From Leptospira sp. (lineage in GTDB: Bacteria; Spirochaetota; Leptospiria; Leptospirales; Leptospiraceae), in the NCBI GenBank assembly GCA_034439575.1, contig JAWXAQ010000028.1, forward strand, positions 1-56,033: DNA of 56,033 bases. The letters are read 5' to 3'. The position numbers and the translations under genes were made by a program. Positions 39,736 through 50,007 of this stretch are shown here, one piece after another (the first letter of the stretch is position 1; every line of letters begins with the position of its first letter). A model generated the notes under the pieces. That model worked only from the letters and a program-made list of their open reading frames with translations, ran no database searches and was not told the origin of the DNA.

Positions 39736-40362
39736 ATGAAAACCAAAATTAAAATCTGCGGAATCAGGGAAAAGGAAACGGTAGATGTATGCCGAGAACT
39801 TTCTGTAGATTATTTGGGTTTTAATTTTTCACCCATTTCCCCAAGAAATATAAGCCCTAAAAATATAGAAAAACTGATAGTTGATAGATTATCACCAAAC
39901 TTTCCCAAGGTTGTATTTTTATTTTACGGGAATGATCTTTCTCTTATATATTCGCTCATTAAGGAATTCAAACCAGACTATGTGCAATTGGTCGCTGGAG
40001 ATCCTGTTGACATAACAGACGTTTGGCTTGAATATTTAAATTCAAAAATACTTTTACCAGCCTTTCGACTGCAAGGCAAAGTCGGCGATGAATCCCTACT
40101 CTGTCCAGAATTGCCATTTGTCATCTTGGATAGCTATCAAAAAGAAATGGGCGGCGGTACAGGTCATACTTTCCCTTGGGAATATGTAAAGGATGTGAAA
40201 CGCCCATATTTATTAGCAGGTGGAATCACAGCAGATAATGTAGAGGAAGCGATCCGATACCTACATCCATATGGAATCGATGTTGCGAGTGGTGTGGAAA
40301 CGAATGGTTCCAAAGATTCAGAAAAAATCAGGAATTTAGTAAAAAATGTCCACGGATCTTGA
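39736..40362 (+). CDS. trpF: Phosphoribosylanthranilate isomerase
   Basis: KIKICGI, SPR, GGGTGHTFPW, LAGGI, GIDVASGVE. Confidence 0.95.
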   Translation: MKTKIKICGIREKETVDVCRELSVDYLGFNFSPISPRNISPKNIEKLIVDRLSPNFPKVVFLFYGNDLSLIYSLIKEFKPDYVQLVAGDPVDITDVWLEYLNSKILLPAFRLQGKVGDESLLCPELPFVILDSYQKEMGGGTGHTFPWEYVKDVKRPYLLAGGITADNVEEAIRYLHPYGIDVASGVETNGSKDSEKIRNLVKNVHGS

Positions 40363-42883
40363 AGCTCTAAATACACCCGTTATGCGCCAGTTTTTAGAGA
40401 TCAAAGAATTGCATCCTGATGCGATTCTATTTTTCCGTATGGGTGATTTTTATGAAATGTTTTTAGAGGATGCAAAAGAAGCGGCGGCGATACTCGATAT
40501 AACGCTCACTAAACGACAAAACCAAATCCCTATGGCTGGCATTCCTTATCATGCAACTGAAAGTTATATTGCAAGGCTTATCAATGCGGGTAAAAAAGTC
40601 GTTGTATGTGAACAAACAAAGTCTGAAGATCCGAAAGCGAAAATCATGTCTCGCGAAGTGGTTAGAATCATCACTCCAGGAACCGTTGTTGAAGATAACC
40701 TGATTGGTAGTTTTCAGAATAATTATTTATCACTGATTTACGCAGAAAAAAAATATGTATACATTGCCTTTGCCGATGTTTCTACTTCTGAACTCATTTA
40801 TTTTTATTTGCCGATCGCAGACACAGACCGAATCAAAGATACAATCCAAAGATTTTCACCTAGAGAATTATTATTCTCAGAAGATTCGGCAAAGTACATT
40901 CCTGACTTCCATTTGGAACAAAAAGTTTCACTTACACCTGTAAAATCAGAATTTCTTCCTGACAAATCTTCCAAAGGGATAGATACCGTAGTTCATGTAT
41001 TGGATGCCTATTTAAAATACAATTATAGAAAACATGATTTTAAATTCAAATCACCAAGGTTAATCGATGAGGCGGAGTTTTTGGGTCTGGATGAAAGAAC
41101 CATTGAACATTTGGAACTCGTGAATAACGACAACAACAAAAACCATACTTTGTTTTCTGTCTTAAATCGATGTATCACTTCTCTCGGAAAAAGATATTTA
41201 AAACAAAGAATACTCTTTCCTACAAGAAATCCTGAGATGATACGATCTCATTGGGAAAAAATTGAAATACTTTCTAAAAACAAAAAAGATCGCAAAAAAA
41301 TTGAAGAATCATTACAAGAAATTATAGATATAGAAAGAGTTTTGTCACGTTTTCGTGGTGGCAAAGCAAGCCCTAGAGATTTTTTCGGTATTCAAAAAAC
41401 AATATTATCTTTTACTTCCATAAAACAAACATTAGACGAGATTGGGTTTGGTTTCTCTTCCTTGCCTAAAGAACTTCAATCATTACACAGTAGTTTGGTG
41501 AAATGTTTAAACGAAGGGGAATTGCCTGTATTTTTGGGAAATTCTCCATTTTTACGAAAAGGTTTTTTGGAAGAATATGACCAGGCAATGCTTGCCAAAG
41601 AAAAAGGGAAAGATTGGATCTTAGAATTAGAAGAGAAAGAAAAATTAAATTCCGGACTCTCTAGTCTCAAAATTCGCTATAACAAAATTCTTGGTTACTT
41701 TATAGAAATTTCTAGAGCGCAAGCCAAAGACGCACCTTCTCACTTCGTAAAAAAACAAACACTAGTTACAGGCGAACGATTTACATCCGAAGAGTTGGAA
41801 GAAAAAGAAAGAATCATTTTAGCTGCAGATGAAATTATAGAACGAATTGAAAAAGAAGAATTTGAAAGACTCGTAAATCTATGTTTATCCCTATTCCCTG
41901 ATTTTTTAACATTAGCCACAGAAATTGCCACACTCGACTACCATCTTTCCTTAACCATTTGCAAAGAAGAATTTCAATGGGTATGCCCAGAAATTCGCGA
42001 TGATGGAAAGATCATTTTACAAGATGCTCGCCACCCGGTTGTGGAAGCCTTTCTTCCCGTTGGCGAAAGATTTGTGCCTAATTCACTGGAACTTGACTCA
42101 AATGAAGATTCTATCGCCATTCTTACTGGGCCAAATATGGCAGGTAAATCAACTTATATGCGTCAGGTGGCGATTAATCAGATTTTATTTCAAATGGGTT
42201 CCTATCTTCCCGCAAAATCAGCAAGCCTACCCATTGTAGATAGGATTTTTACCCGCATTGGTTCAGGTGATAACCTTACGACAGGGGAATCCACTTTCTA
42301 TATTGAGATGAAAGAAACAGCTTACATTCTCAATCATTACACCAAACATAGTTTAATCCTTTTTGACGAAGTGGGTAGAGGAACATCGACTTATGATGGT
42401 TTGTCTATAGCTTGGGCGATTTTGGAATATATGGCAAAAGACTTTCCTCGTGCAAAAACCATATTTGCTACCCACTATCATGAGTTAACTGAACTCGACA
42501 AAGGAAATGGAATTTTCAATTTATATCTAGATACTTATGAAAAAGATAATGAAATTCTTTTTTTAAAGAAAGTTAAAAAAGGAAAATCAAAACAATCCTT
42601 TGGAATTTATGTAGCTAAACTCGCGGGTATCCCAGAAAAGGTAACAAACCGTGCACGTGAACTGCTCATTGGCCTAGAATCTAAGAAAAAAGAAATTAAA
42701 ATCAAACAAGAAGAACCGAGCTTATTCGGAAACATACCAGATCCAAATTTAACAAATCAAATAAAATCATCATCAGAAATCAGAGTATTAAAAAGATTAA
42801 GTGATCTTGATATCAATAAAATTCCACCCATCGAAGCATTACAGATTCTAGAAGAACTAAGTTCGCTCGCGAAAGAGAAATAA
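40346..42883 (+). CDS. mutS: DNA mismatch repair protein MutS
   Basis: TPVMRQF, FRMGDFYEMF, GPNMAGKST, DEVGRGTST, FATHYHEL, SFGI.VAKLAG. Confidence 0.98.
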   Translation: MSTDLEALNTPVMRQFLEIKELHPDAILFFRMGDFYEMFLEDAKEAAAILDITLTKRQNQIPMAGIPYHATESYIARLINAGKKVVVCEQTKSEDPKAKIMSREVVRIITPGTVVEDNLIGSFQNNYLSLIYAEKKYVYIAFADVSTSELIYFYLPIADTDRIKDTIQRFSPRELLFSEDSAKYIPDFHLEQKVSLTPVKSEFLPDKSSKGIDTVVHVLDAYLKYNYRKHDFKFKSPRLIDEAEFLGLDERTIEHLELVNNDNNKNHTLFSVLNRCITSLGKRYLKQRILFPTRNPEMIRSHWEKIEILSKNKKDRKKIEESLQEIIDIERVLSRFRGGKASPRDFFGIQKTILSFTSIKQTLDEIGFGFSSLPKELQSLHSSLVKCLNEGELPVFLGNSPFLRKGFLEEYDQAMLAKEKGKDWILELEEKEKLNSGLSSLKIRYNKILGYFIEISRAQAKDAPSHFVKKQTLVTGERFTSEELEEKERIILAADEIIERIEKEEFERLVNLCLSLFPDFLTLATEIATLDYHLSLTICKEEFQWVCPEIRDDGKIILQDARHPVVEAFLPVGERFVPNSLELDSNEDSIAILTGPNMAGKSTYMRQVAINQILFQMGSYLPAKSASLPIVDRIFTRIGSGDNLTTGESTFYIEMKETAYILNHYTKHSLILFDEVGRGTSTYDGLSIAWAILEYMAKDFPRAKTIFATHYHELTELDKGNGIFNLYLDTYEKDNEILFLKKVKKGKSKQSFGIYVAKLAGIPEKVTNRARELLIGLESKKKEIKIKQEEPSLFGNIPDPNLTNQIKSSSEIRVLKRLSDLDINKIPPIEALQILEELSSLAKEK

Positions 42884-43735
42884 TAAAACACTCATATCAC
42901 AATAGTCTATCCAGTTTAAAATATTGTCCTTTAATCCTTGTTTTGCGTGAAAACCAATCCCAATTTTTGCCGTATTTAGCATCATTGCATCATTGGCACC
43001 ATCGCCTACAGCCACAGTCTGCTCATGAGAAAGATGATTCTCTAAGATCATTTGAGTTAGATAGAATGCTTTTTTTTCTTTATTGATAATTTCACCGAGT
43101 ATTTCTCCCGTGAAAAATCCATCCTTCACTTCTAATTCATTCGCTCGGAAATATTGAATGGGATATTTTTTAGAGAATAATTCTAAAACAGGGTTAAAAC
43201 CTCCCGAAAGTATCGCGATCTTGGAATGGTTTTTTGGTAATTCAGATAGTATGATTTCCATACCATTACTCAAATTTAACAAATGATATACTTCTTCAAA
43301 ACTTTTTAAAGAAAGTCCTTTTAAATGTTTCACTCGCAACCGAAGGGCTTCATCAAAGTTCATACCACCTTCCATCGCTTGTTTGGTGACAGATGATACT
43401 TCGTCAAATACCCCATGTTTTCTGGCCAATTCGTCTATGACTTCTTCTTTGATCACAGTGGAATCCATATCAAAACAAAACAAATTCGGTAAACTTGAGT
43501 TTAGATATTCCTCTATGTAAATTACATCTATACTTTGACTTTTGAGTGAGTTTCTAAGAGATAAGACTTTTTCTCTCTCCCATTTGATAGATAGTTTATA
43601 ACTAATGCAAGTATGAGCAAATTGGAATCTTTTTCCCGCGTAACTGCCGATTAACGCCACATTCACTTTCAAAAGTAAATCGTTTAATTCTTCAGGAGAA
43701 AGATTGCCTGGTTTTAAAAAGAGAAGATGTGCCAT
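42857..43735 (-). CDS. serB: Phosphoserine phosphatase
   Basis: FDMDST..EEVIDELA, LSGGF, GDGAND. Confidence 0.93.
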   Translation of the reverse strand: MAHLLFLKPGNLSPEELNDLLLKVNVALIGSYAGKRFQFAHTCISYKLSIKWEREKVLSLRNSLKSQSIDVIYIEEYLNSSLPNLFCFDMDSTVIKEEVIDELARKHGVFDEVSSVTKQAMEGGMNFDEALRLRVKHLKGLSLKSFEEVYHLLNLSNGMEIILSELPKNHSKIAILSGGFNPVLELFSKKYPIQYFRANELEVKDGFFTGEILGEIINKEKKAFYLTQMILENHLSHEQTVAVGDGANDAMMLNTAKIGIGFHAKQGLKDNILNWIDYCDMSVLLFLFRERT

Positions 43736-43741
43736 AAATAA

Positions 43742-44509
43742 TTAAAGAAGTGGTCTTAGTTTTTTACCCCACACTTCATAACCTTTTTCATTGAAATGTA
43801 TCGGGTCTCCATTGGGTCGAACAAATTCATCTCCTATGCTCGGAGCATCAGGTTTTCTAAGTTCATTCCAAACTTCTACATATATGACATTCTTTCGTGA
43901 TTTTGTGAACTCTGATAAAAATAAATTATAAATGGGAACAATTCTGTTTAACTCAGGTACCTTTGTCGGAGGAGCCGCGATAAAGATAATTTTGGTATTG
44001 GGATTTTTTGTATGGATAGTATCAACTATAGAAACTATATTTTTCTGAGTAGAGGACAGACACTTTCCATATATAAGATCATTACCTCCGATCTCTATAA
44101 CAATCGTTTGCGGACTAAGAACTAACACGTCTTCTTCGATACGCTCTAATAGTGATTCTGTCATATCACCACCAATCCCGCGGTTGACGATGGGAACCCC
44201 TGGTAACTCTTGTCTCATTAAATTTGGTTCAAATCCGACAACGAGACTATTGCCTACGATCACTACTTTTGATTGTTTGATGGTTTGGTTTTCTTGCCCG
44301 TAACGGAGACGATGAACCATCCAAAGTTCACGATATTTCTTATAATCTTTTTGGTTTTTCCATCCCTTCTCGGACTGGCATTCAAAATCAGGATGGAAAT
44401 AATCTTTGATACGAAGGGAACGGCAATAAGGGATAAATAGAAGTAATAAAAAAGAGATGAGAATAGATCTCCCGAAAATCGGAAATCTATTCTTTGTCTT
44501 CGGGCTCAT
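43742..44509 (-). CDS. SGNH/GDSL hydrolase lipoprotein
   Basis: Lipoprotein-like signal LLFIPY-C, GNSL, NRGIGGD, IGGND, DPIH. Confidence 0.88.
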   Translation of the reverse strand: MSPKTKNRFPIFGRSILISFLLLLFIPYCRSLRIKDYFHPDFECQSEKGWKNQKDYKKYRELWMVHRLRYGQENQTIKQSKVVIVGNSLVVGFEPNLMRQELPGVPIVNRGIGGDMTESLLERIEEDVLVLSPQTIVIEIGGNDLIYGKCLSSTQKNIVSIVDTIHTKNPNTKIIFIAAPPTKVPELNRIVPIYNLFLSEFTKSRKNVIYVEVWNELRKPDAPSIGDEFVRPNGDPIHFNEKGYEVWGKKLRPLL

Positions 44510-44666
44510 TCATGCGGAAGCGTTTTTGCCAATCTTTGATTTGAGATTGAGCATATTCTTCCGTATCACATATACGAAACTCGATCGGGTTGTTCGTCGT
44601 AGTTTCAATGAGTTTGGCTTCGATGTACCCATTCTTCAGCTTGGTTGTCTCTATGCGGTATCTCAT
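44487..44666 (-). CDS. Small hypothetical protein (59 aa)
   Basis: GGAG RBS before ATG 44666. Fills the gap between the MFS and SGNH genes on the same strand and overlaps the next start. Confidence 0.6.
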   Translation of the reverse strand: MRYRIETTKLKNGYIEAKLIETTTNNPIEFRICDTEEYAQSQIKDWQKRFRMNEPEDKE

Positions 44667-44688
44667 CTGTATCTCCACTTACCAGGTT

Positions 44689-46269
44689 TTACCTACCCCG
44701 TATCTTGGCAATCTCTTCTAATGTCTCATCCTCTTTGTATTTACCAAAGAGAAAAATTGCCAAAAGACAGAATGCTGAAGCTAATGGACCCGTCAATCGG
44801 ACACCTAGTTCTCCACCACTTTCTTCTTGTTCGACTTTGCAAATGATCTTATCCGCTGTATTATTTTGTTCCGTCTGCGGTTTTGTCTTATCAAGTGAAC
44901 TTGATTCAGGAGATTTTTGTATTTCTTTAGTTACATTCTCTGAAACTGAAGGTGCAATAATGCCTGTTACATTGGGAGAAACATTTTTCTTTTCATCAGA
45001 ATTTAAGCCTATTAGAATTAAAGAAGAGAATATTAAGACTGCTAGTGTTTGTCCTAATTTTTGCATAAAAGTTCTACCTGCATAAAACAAACCTTCTCTC
45101 TTGGATCCAGTTTTCAATGCATCAAGTTCCGCAATGTCAGCAAGTATCGCATTGGGAAGAATTCCCAAAATAGCGATAGGTATGGCCGCAACAGCAACAA
45201 TCATATAACCTTGGATATATGGAGATATAGGTAAACTATTTTTGCCTATGAAAAAGATCGAAAGAAAAAGTGCCAAAAAGATATAAAATCCAATTAACAC
45301 CGTTTTTTTCTTCCCGATTTTTTTAGCTACGATATTGACCACTGGATAAAAAGCAAATGACACGAGTAACATAATCGTCAGTAACTGAGTGACAAAATCA
45401 CGCTCTAATTGAAGTAATACGGTAACGTAATAAGAAATCCCTGTTGTCAAAACAGTCAATGCGAGAAAGTAACAAAGGTCTGATAGAGCGAAGTATTTGA
45501 AGTTTTTGTTTTTAAACGTTAATACGATCGCTTCTCGGAAAGGCACACTCGATGGTTCTGACTCGCAGTATTTTTTTTCTTCGATGGTCAAAACGGGAAA
45601 ATACATACAGACAGCGGCAAATGCACAAAGGATACCGAGTGCGTATTGTCTGGAAATGAGTGATTGTAAGGCAGGATCACTCGAATAGGTATAAGCTGAT
45701 TTTAACGCATTGGAGATGATCGGTTCAGTCGATGCGACAATGATTCCCAGGGCATAGGTCACAGAGATATAAGTCGAAAGATTGAGTCTTTCGTTAGGCG
45801 TATGGCCAAGTTCAGGAATCAAAGCAAAGTATGGAGTCACATAGACTGTTAAGAAAAAATAAAACAATAACATAAAAACAGTCATCCAAACCAAATTTCC
45901 AGAAGAGATAAAATGATTTGGTGGTACAAAGATTAACCAACAAAATACGGCAGCAGGAATACCGCCTAAGGCAAGAAAGGGGATCCTGCGTCCAAAGCGA
46001 GATGTAAATCTATCAGAAGAATTTGCAACAATGGGATCTGTGATGCCATCCCACAATCGTCCAAGAGCAGCAACAACGCCAATCGTGGAAAGTCCCCAAA
46101 AGGCCATTTTCTCTATGAGATCTGGAAAACAATCTTCACCAGCTTTAGGTGCTGGCGGAAGGTAAAAATAAACTTGGTGCAAGCCAATGATGTTGATCAG
46201 AGTGGACCAACCTAACTGGCCTATGGCATAGGAAATCTGTTTTGAAAAAGGAAGAGAAGGTTTTTGCAT
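44689..46269 (-). CDS. MFS transporter, GPH/MelB-like
   Basis: YAIGQLG, WDGITDP..ANSSDR..SRFGRRIPF, ADIAELD..KTGSKREG. Confidence 0.9.
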   Translation of the reverse strand: MQKPSLPFSKQISYAIGQLGWSTLINIIGLHQVYFYLPPAPKAGEDCFPDLIEKMAFWGLSTIGVVAALGRLWDGITDPIVANSSDRFTSRFGRRIPFLALGGIPAAVFCWLIFVPPNHFISSGNLVWMTVFMLLFYFFLTVYVTPYFALIPELGHTPNERLNLSTYISVTYALGIIVASTEPIISNALKSAYTYSSDPALQSLISRQYALGILCAFAAVCMYFPVLTIEEKKYCESEPSSVPFREAIVLTFKNKNFKYFALSDLCYFLALTVLTTGISYYVTVLLQLERDFVTQLLTIMLLVSFAFYPVVNIVAKKIGKKKTVLIGFYIFLALFLSIFFIGKNSLPISPYIQGYMIVAVAAIPIAILGILPNAILADIAELDALKTGSKREGLFYAGRTFMQKLGQTLAVLIFSSLILIGLNSDEKKNVSPNVTGIIAPSVSENVTKEIQKSPESSSLDKTKPQTEQNNTADKIICKVEQEESGGELGVRLTGPLASAFCLLAIFLFGKYKEDETLEEIAKIRGR

Positions 46270-46325
46270 CTTTATCTCAAGCTAGAAAGTAGGAGAAATA
46301 TATCTCTTGTGATAAAAAACGCAAA

Positions 46326-47381
46326 CTACTTTTTATATTTGTATAGCTCCGGAAAATTTTTTTCCTCATAAAGAAACGTTTCCTGAAAGGATTCCCATCC
46401 CTCTGGTATTCCTTCTGTGAATTCAGGAACCATCCCACAATCACGTATCATGGACATGGTTTGTTCCGTCGCACTGCCTTTCACATTGAGATAACCATCT
46501 GCAAACAAAGAATTTGCGACAAACAAAGCCATAGATTGTAAACTACCCAAATGCCCTTCTCTTCCTGCACCAATGCGAATCTCGGAATCTGGGTTTACCA
46601 ATCGAAACATTGCTAAGACTCGCAAACAGTATTCAGGTGTCAGAGTCGATGATTGGATCACATGTCCCTTGATAGGAATAAAGAAGTTAACAGGGATAGA
46701 TATAACGCCAAGTCGTTTTAACTCAAAAGCTACAGAAATAATATCTGAATGCTGTTCTCCCATCCCCACAATCAGACCAGAACAAAGTCCTATATTTGCC
46801 TGTGATGCCGCTTCCAATGTCGTCAAACGATCCTTAAACGTATGTGTAGAACAGATCTCATTATAATTTGATTCAGAAGTATTTAAGTTATGATTATAAC
46901 GATCAAGGCCTGCTTCTTTTAGCGTCCTCGCTTTTTTTTCATCTAAGATTCCAGCAGATAGACAAACCTTTAAGCCAAGTTCACCGTTGATTCTTCGAAT
47001 GGTATTTGCTAGGTGGTCAACGGCTTTATCAGTAGGCCCTCGTCCAGAAGTCACCATACAAAAACGATAGGCACCATTTTCTTTTGCCTTTTTGGCATCT
47101 TCCCAAATTTCATCTTCAGACTTCATAGAATATTCTTTGATCCCAGATTCTCCGCCTTTTCTCTGTGCGCAGTAGCCACAATCTTCTGGGCAATAACCAT
47201 TTTTGATGTTATCTAATATATGAATGCGAACGCGATTTCCAAAATAACGAAACCTGACTTCGCTTGCGCGATTGATGATGCTTAAAAGAGGCTCTTTTGA
47301 AGTGAGTATGTCTAATGCTTCTTCCGGTGAAATGAGTGATGGTGCAGAAGAAATCGTTTGAACTTGTTCGGATGCGATCAT
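46326..47381 (-). CDS. bioB: Biotin synthase
   Basis: [10 protein letters not shown] radical SAM motif, [22 protein letters not shown]. Start is probably 47381. Confidence 0.96.
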   Translation of the reverse strand: MIASEQVQTISSAPSLISPEEALDILTSKEPLLSIINRASEVRFRYFGNRVRIHILDNIKNGYCPEDCGYCAQRKGGESGIKEYSMKSEDEIWEDAKKAKENGAYRFCMVTSGRGPTDKAVDHLANTIRRINGELGLKVCLSAGILDEKKARTLKEAGLDRYNHNLNTSESNYNEICSTHTFKDRLTTLEAASQANIGLCSGLIVGMGEQHSDIISVAFELKRLGVISIPVNFFIPIKGHVIQSSTLTPEYCLRVLAMFRLVNPDSEIRIGAGREGHLGSLQSMALFVANSLFADGYLNVKGSATEQTMSMIRDCGMVPEFTEGIPEGWESFQETFLYEEKNFPELYKYKK

Positions 47382-47424
47382 GAAAACTATTTCAGAAGAC
47401 AACAGAGAATTGTAAATGAAGAAT

Positions 47425-48735
47425 TCAGAGTATGGGAAGGGACTTCCCCAGGGCAAAAAAGATTTGTTCCAGCGAAGAATCAGAAATAGAATAAGGCGGT
47501 GTCAGATAAACCGTATTGCCAAGTGGTCTAAGTAAAACGCCATACTTGGTTAATTCTTGTTTCAGTCTTTTACCGATAGGATTCAGATACTCATCATTTC
47601 CTATTTCCATAGGAAGTTCAAAAGCACAAATTCCACCCAAGACTCGGGGATTTATCACTTTATCAGGAAGATTATTTTTCAATTGATTTATAAATTGATT
47701 CAATTTGGTTTCCAATACCTTAACATTTGCTAAATTTTCTGATTCCAATATATCAATACTCGCTAAACCCGCATTACACGAGACAGGATTGCCAGTCATA
47801 GTATGAGCGTGAAAAAAAGAATGGTATGGGTCAGAGTCCAAAAATTGTTCATAAACTTTTTCGGAAACAATGGTGGCCGCAAGAGGTAAAATACCACCTG
47901 TCAAACCCTTTGCCATAGCAACGATATCTGGTTTTACTGATGCAGTCTGGAATGCAAAAGCCTTTCCGGTTCTACCCATGCTGGTAAAAACTTCATCAAA
48001 GATCATTAGAATCCCATGCTTGTGTACCAATTGTTCTAATCGTTTTAAAACTTTTGCATCATAAAAAACCATACCACTCGCAGCAAAAACAAGTGGTTCT
48101 AAAATAATTCCGGCATATAATTCTGTATTTTGAATTAACTCTTGTTCAATGCCATCTACACATTCTGCTTTGCAATCAATTCTATTTTTCCCGACAGGGC
48201 ACTGGAAACAATTGGGAGAAACAAATTCTTTCACAGGGAATCTAAGTCCTTGGAATATACGATTGAAAAAAGTAAGACCCGAAACATTCATAGCACCAAT
48301 GCTATCCCCGTGATAGGACTGCGAAAATATAATGAATTTTTCCTTTTTAGATTCTTTATCTTTATTTTTAAAGTATTGGACTGCTATTTTAATCGCAATT
48401 TCTACCGCATTTGATCCGTTATCCGAATAAAAAACTTTTTTGTATTCTCCGCCTGCGATTTCAATTATCTTTAAAGCTAAATTTTCAGCTGGCGCATGAA
48501 TAAAACCAGCTAACATCACATGATCGAGTTTGTTAATCTGTTCGGTAATGGCTCCTATAATTTGAGGATGGCAGTGACCATGTATAGAAGTCCACCAAGA
48601 TGCTATCCCATCTATAAATTGATTTCCCTTATCATCATATAAAAATTCGCGATCTGCTCGTTCTATAAATAATAATTCTTCATCTGCGGTTTGAATCGTA
48701 AGCGGAATCCAAACGGCAGATTCACTCGGTTTCAA
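47425..48735 (-). CDS. bioA: Adenosylmethionine-8-amino-7-oxononanoate transaminase
   Basis: DGIASWW..HGH, SDNGS.AVE.A.K, YHGD, FDEV, AKGLTGG. Confidence 0.95.
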   Translation of the reverse strand: MKPSESAVWIPLTIQTADEELLFIERADREFLYDDKGNQFIDGIASWWTSIHGHCHPQIIGAITEQINKLDHVMLAGFIHAPAENLALKIIEIAGGEYKKVFYSDNGSNAVEIAIKIAVQYFKNKDKESKKEKFIIFSQSYHGDSIGAMNVSGLTFFNRIFQGLRFPVKEFVSPNCFQCPVGKNRIDCKAECVDGIEQELIQNTELYAGIILEPLVFAASGMVFYDAKVLKRLEQLVHKHGILMIFDEVFTSMGRTGKAFAFQTASVKPDIVAMAKGLTGGILPLAATIVSEKVYEQFLDSDPYHSFFHAHTMTGNPVSCNAGLASIDILESENLANVKVLETKLNQFINQLKNNLPDKVINPRVLGGICAFELPMEIGNDEYLNPIGKRLKQELTKYGVLLRPLGNTVYLTPPYSISDSSLEQIFFALGKSLPIL

Positions 48736-49432
48736 ATATATCTCCAGTATCCAATAATGAATCGATTACCATTCGTTTAGAATCAAAATGTTCATTGGCA
48801 AAAATTAAAAAGTCTTTAGCGCTTAACTTTTGGTTGGGGAAAGTTGTATATCCAAGACATGGAGTCCCACCAAACTTCTGTATCATTTCAATATTGTTTT
48901 CTATTAAATCATTTTTAGGACCAACCATATAAAAACCCACTACAGGAATAAACCTTTGTAACATAGACTCTAAACTCATCAAAGTATGATTAATGGTTCC
49001 AAGTTCCGAAGAACAAACAAGTATTACATTCAAATTGGATTCTCTAATCAATTGCCAAAGTAAATAACTTTCGTTTAATGGAACAAAAAGGCCACCCGCA
49101 CCTTCTAACAACACTGGATTGGTTCGTTCCTTTGCGATTGTTTCACGTATCAAATTGATATTTAATTCGATTTTTTCTCTTTTGGCTGAGTCGAAGGGAT
49201 TGGAAGGAAATTTTAATTCATAGATAGGTTTTAAGAAAAAACTATCATCAAATTCGGTGATTTTTTGGATTAATTTTGTGTCGTTCGACTCAGAAAGACC
49301 AGTTTGGATCGGTTTCCAATACTTAAAATTATGACTTTTGCCATATTTTGCCAAAAATAAAGAGGAAAAAAAGGTTTTTCCAATGTCAGTTCCAGTTCCA
49401 GTCACAAAAAAAGCTCGGTTCACAATTCTCAA
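48722..49432 (-). CDS. bioD: Dethiobiotin synthase
   Basis: FVTGTGTDIGKT, WKPIQTG, EGAGG, LGTINHT. Confidence 0.95.
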   Translation of the reverse strand: MRIVNRAFFVTGTGTDIGKTFFSSLFLAKYGKSHNFKYWKPIQTGLSESNDTKLIQKITEFDDSFFLKPIYELKFPSNPFDSAKREKIELNINLIRETIAKERTNPVLLEGAGGLFVPLNESYLLWQLIRESNLNVILVCSSELGTINHTLMSLESMLQRFIPVVGFYMVGPKNDLIENNIEMIQKFGGTPCLGYTTFPNQKLSAKDFLIFANEHFDSKRMVIDSLLDTGDIFETE

Positions 49433-49482
49433 GATTTTTCAATTCTAGGTCCCGTCTATCCGATTTATATAGTAGAGGCACC

Positions 49483-50007
49483 ATGCAACTCCCACTTTGG
49501 AAATCCATTCTCAAACGCGACGACAATCCCATTACAGAAATTTCAGCTTTTTTAAGAGAAACTGCTATTTTCCAAGGTATGTCCAGGCGCACTCTCAGGG
49601 AAGTCGCAAGGCTTATCCACAAACGAAAATACTACGCTGGTGAAACTATTTTTTTTCAAAGCCAAGCTGGTACTGGCGTCTATTTGATATTAAGTGGGAA
49701 AGTAGAAATCACCTCACAAAGAGAAGGAGTGACATTAAAACTCGCCGAACTTGAAAAAGGTGCATTTTTTGGTGAACTTGCACTCTTTCAAGATTTCCCG
49801 AGATCTGCTACGGCTGTTGCCATAACTGATTCGATACTACTTGGATTTTTTCAACCGGAATTAAAAACACTATTGGAAACTAAACCTCGTATAGGAAACG
49901 AACTACTCCTTGGTTTTGCTGGTATCATTGCCGATAGACTTCGCAAAACAAATGATACACTAGAGGCCGCATACTTCAAAAGCAAAAAAGAGAAACTAAA
50001 AGCATGA
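49483..50007 (+). CDS. Stand-alone cyclic-nucleotide-binding domain protein
   Basis: GAFFGELAL...PRSATAVA phosphate-binding cassette; GAGG RBS before ATG 49483; no HTH. Confidence 0.88.
   Translation: MQLPLWKSILKRDDNPITEISAFLRETAIFQGMSRRTLREVARLIHKRKYYAGETIFFQSQAGTGVYLILSGKVEITSQREGVTLKLAELEKGAFFGELALFQDFPRSATAVAITDSILLGFFQPELKTLLETKPRIGNELLLGFAGIIADRLRKTNDTLEAAYFKSKKEKLKA

Noticed and set aside
49348-49482. N-terminal extension of the cNMP protein (similarly bioB, ung, moxR)
   Set aside because: The extensions overlap neighbouring genes or intergenic control DNA; downstream starts fit family lengths or have an RBS.
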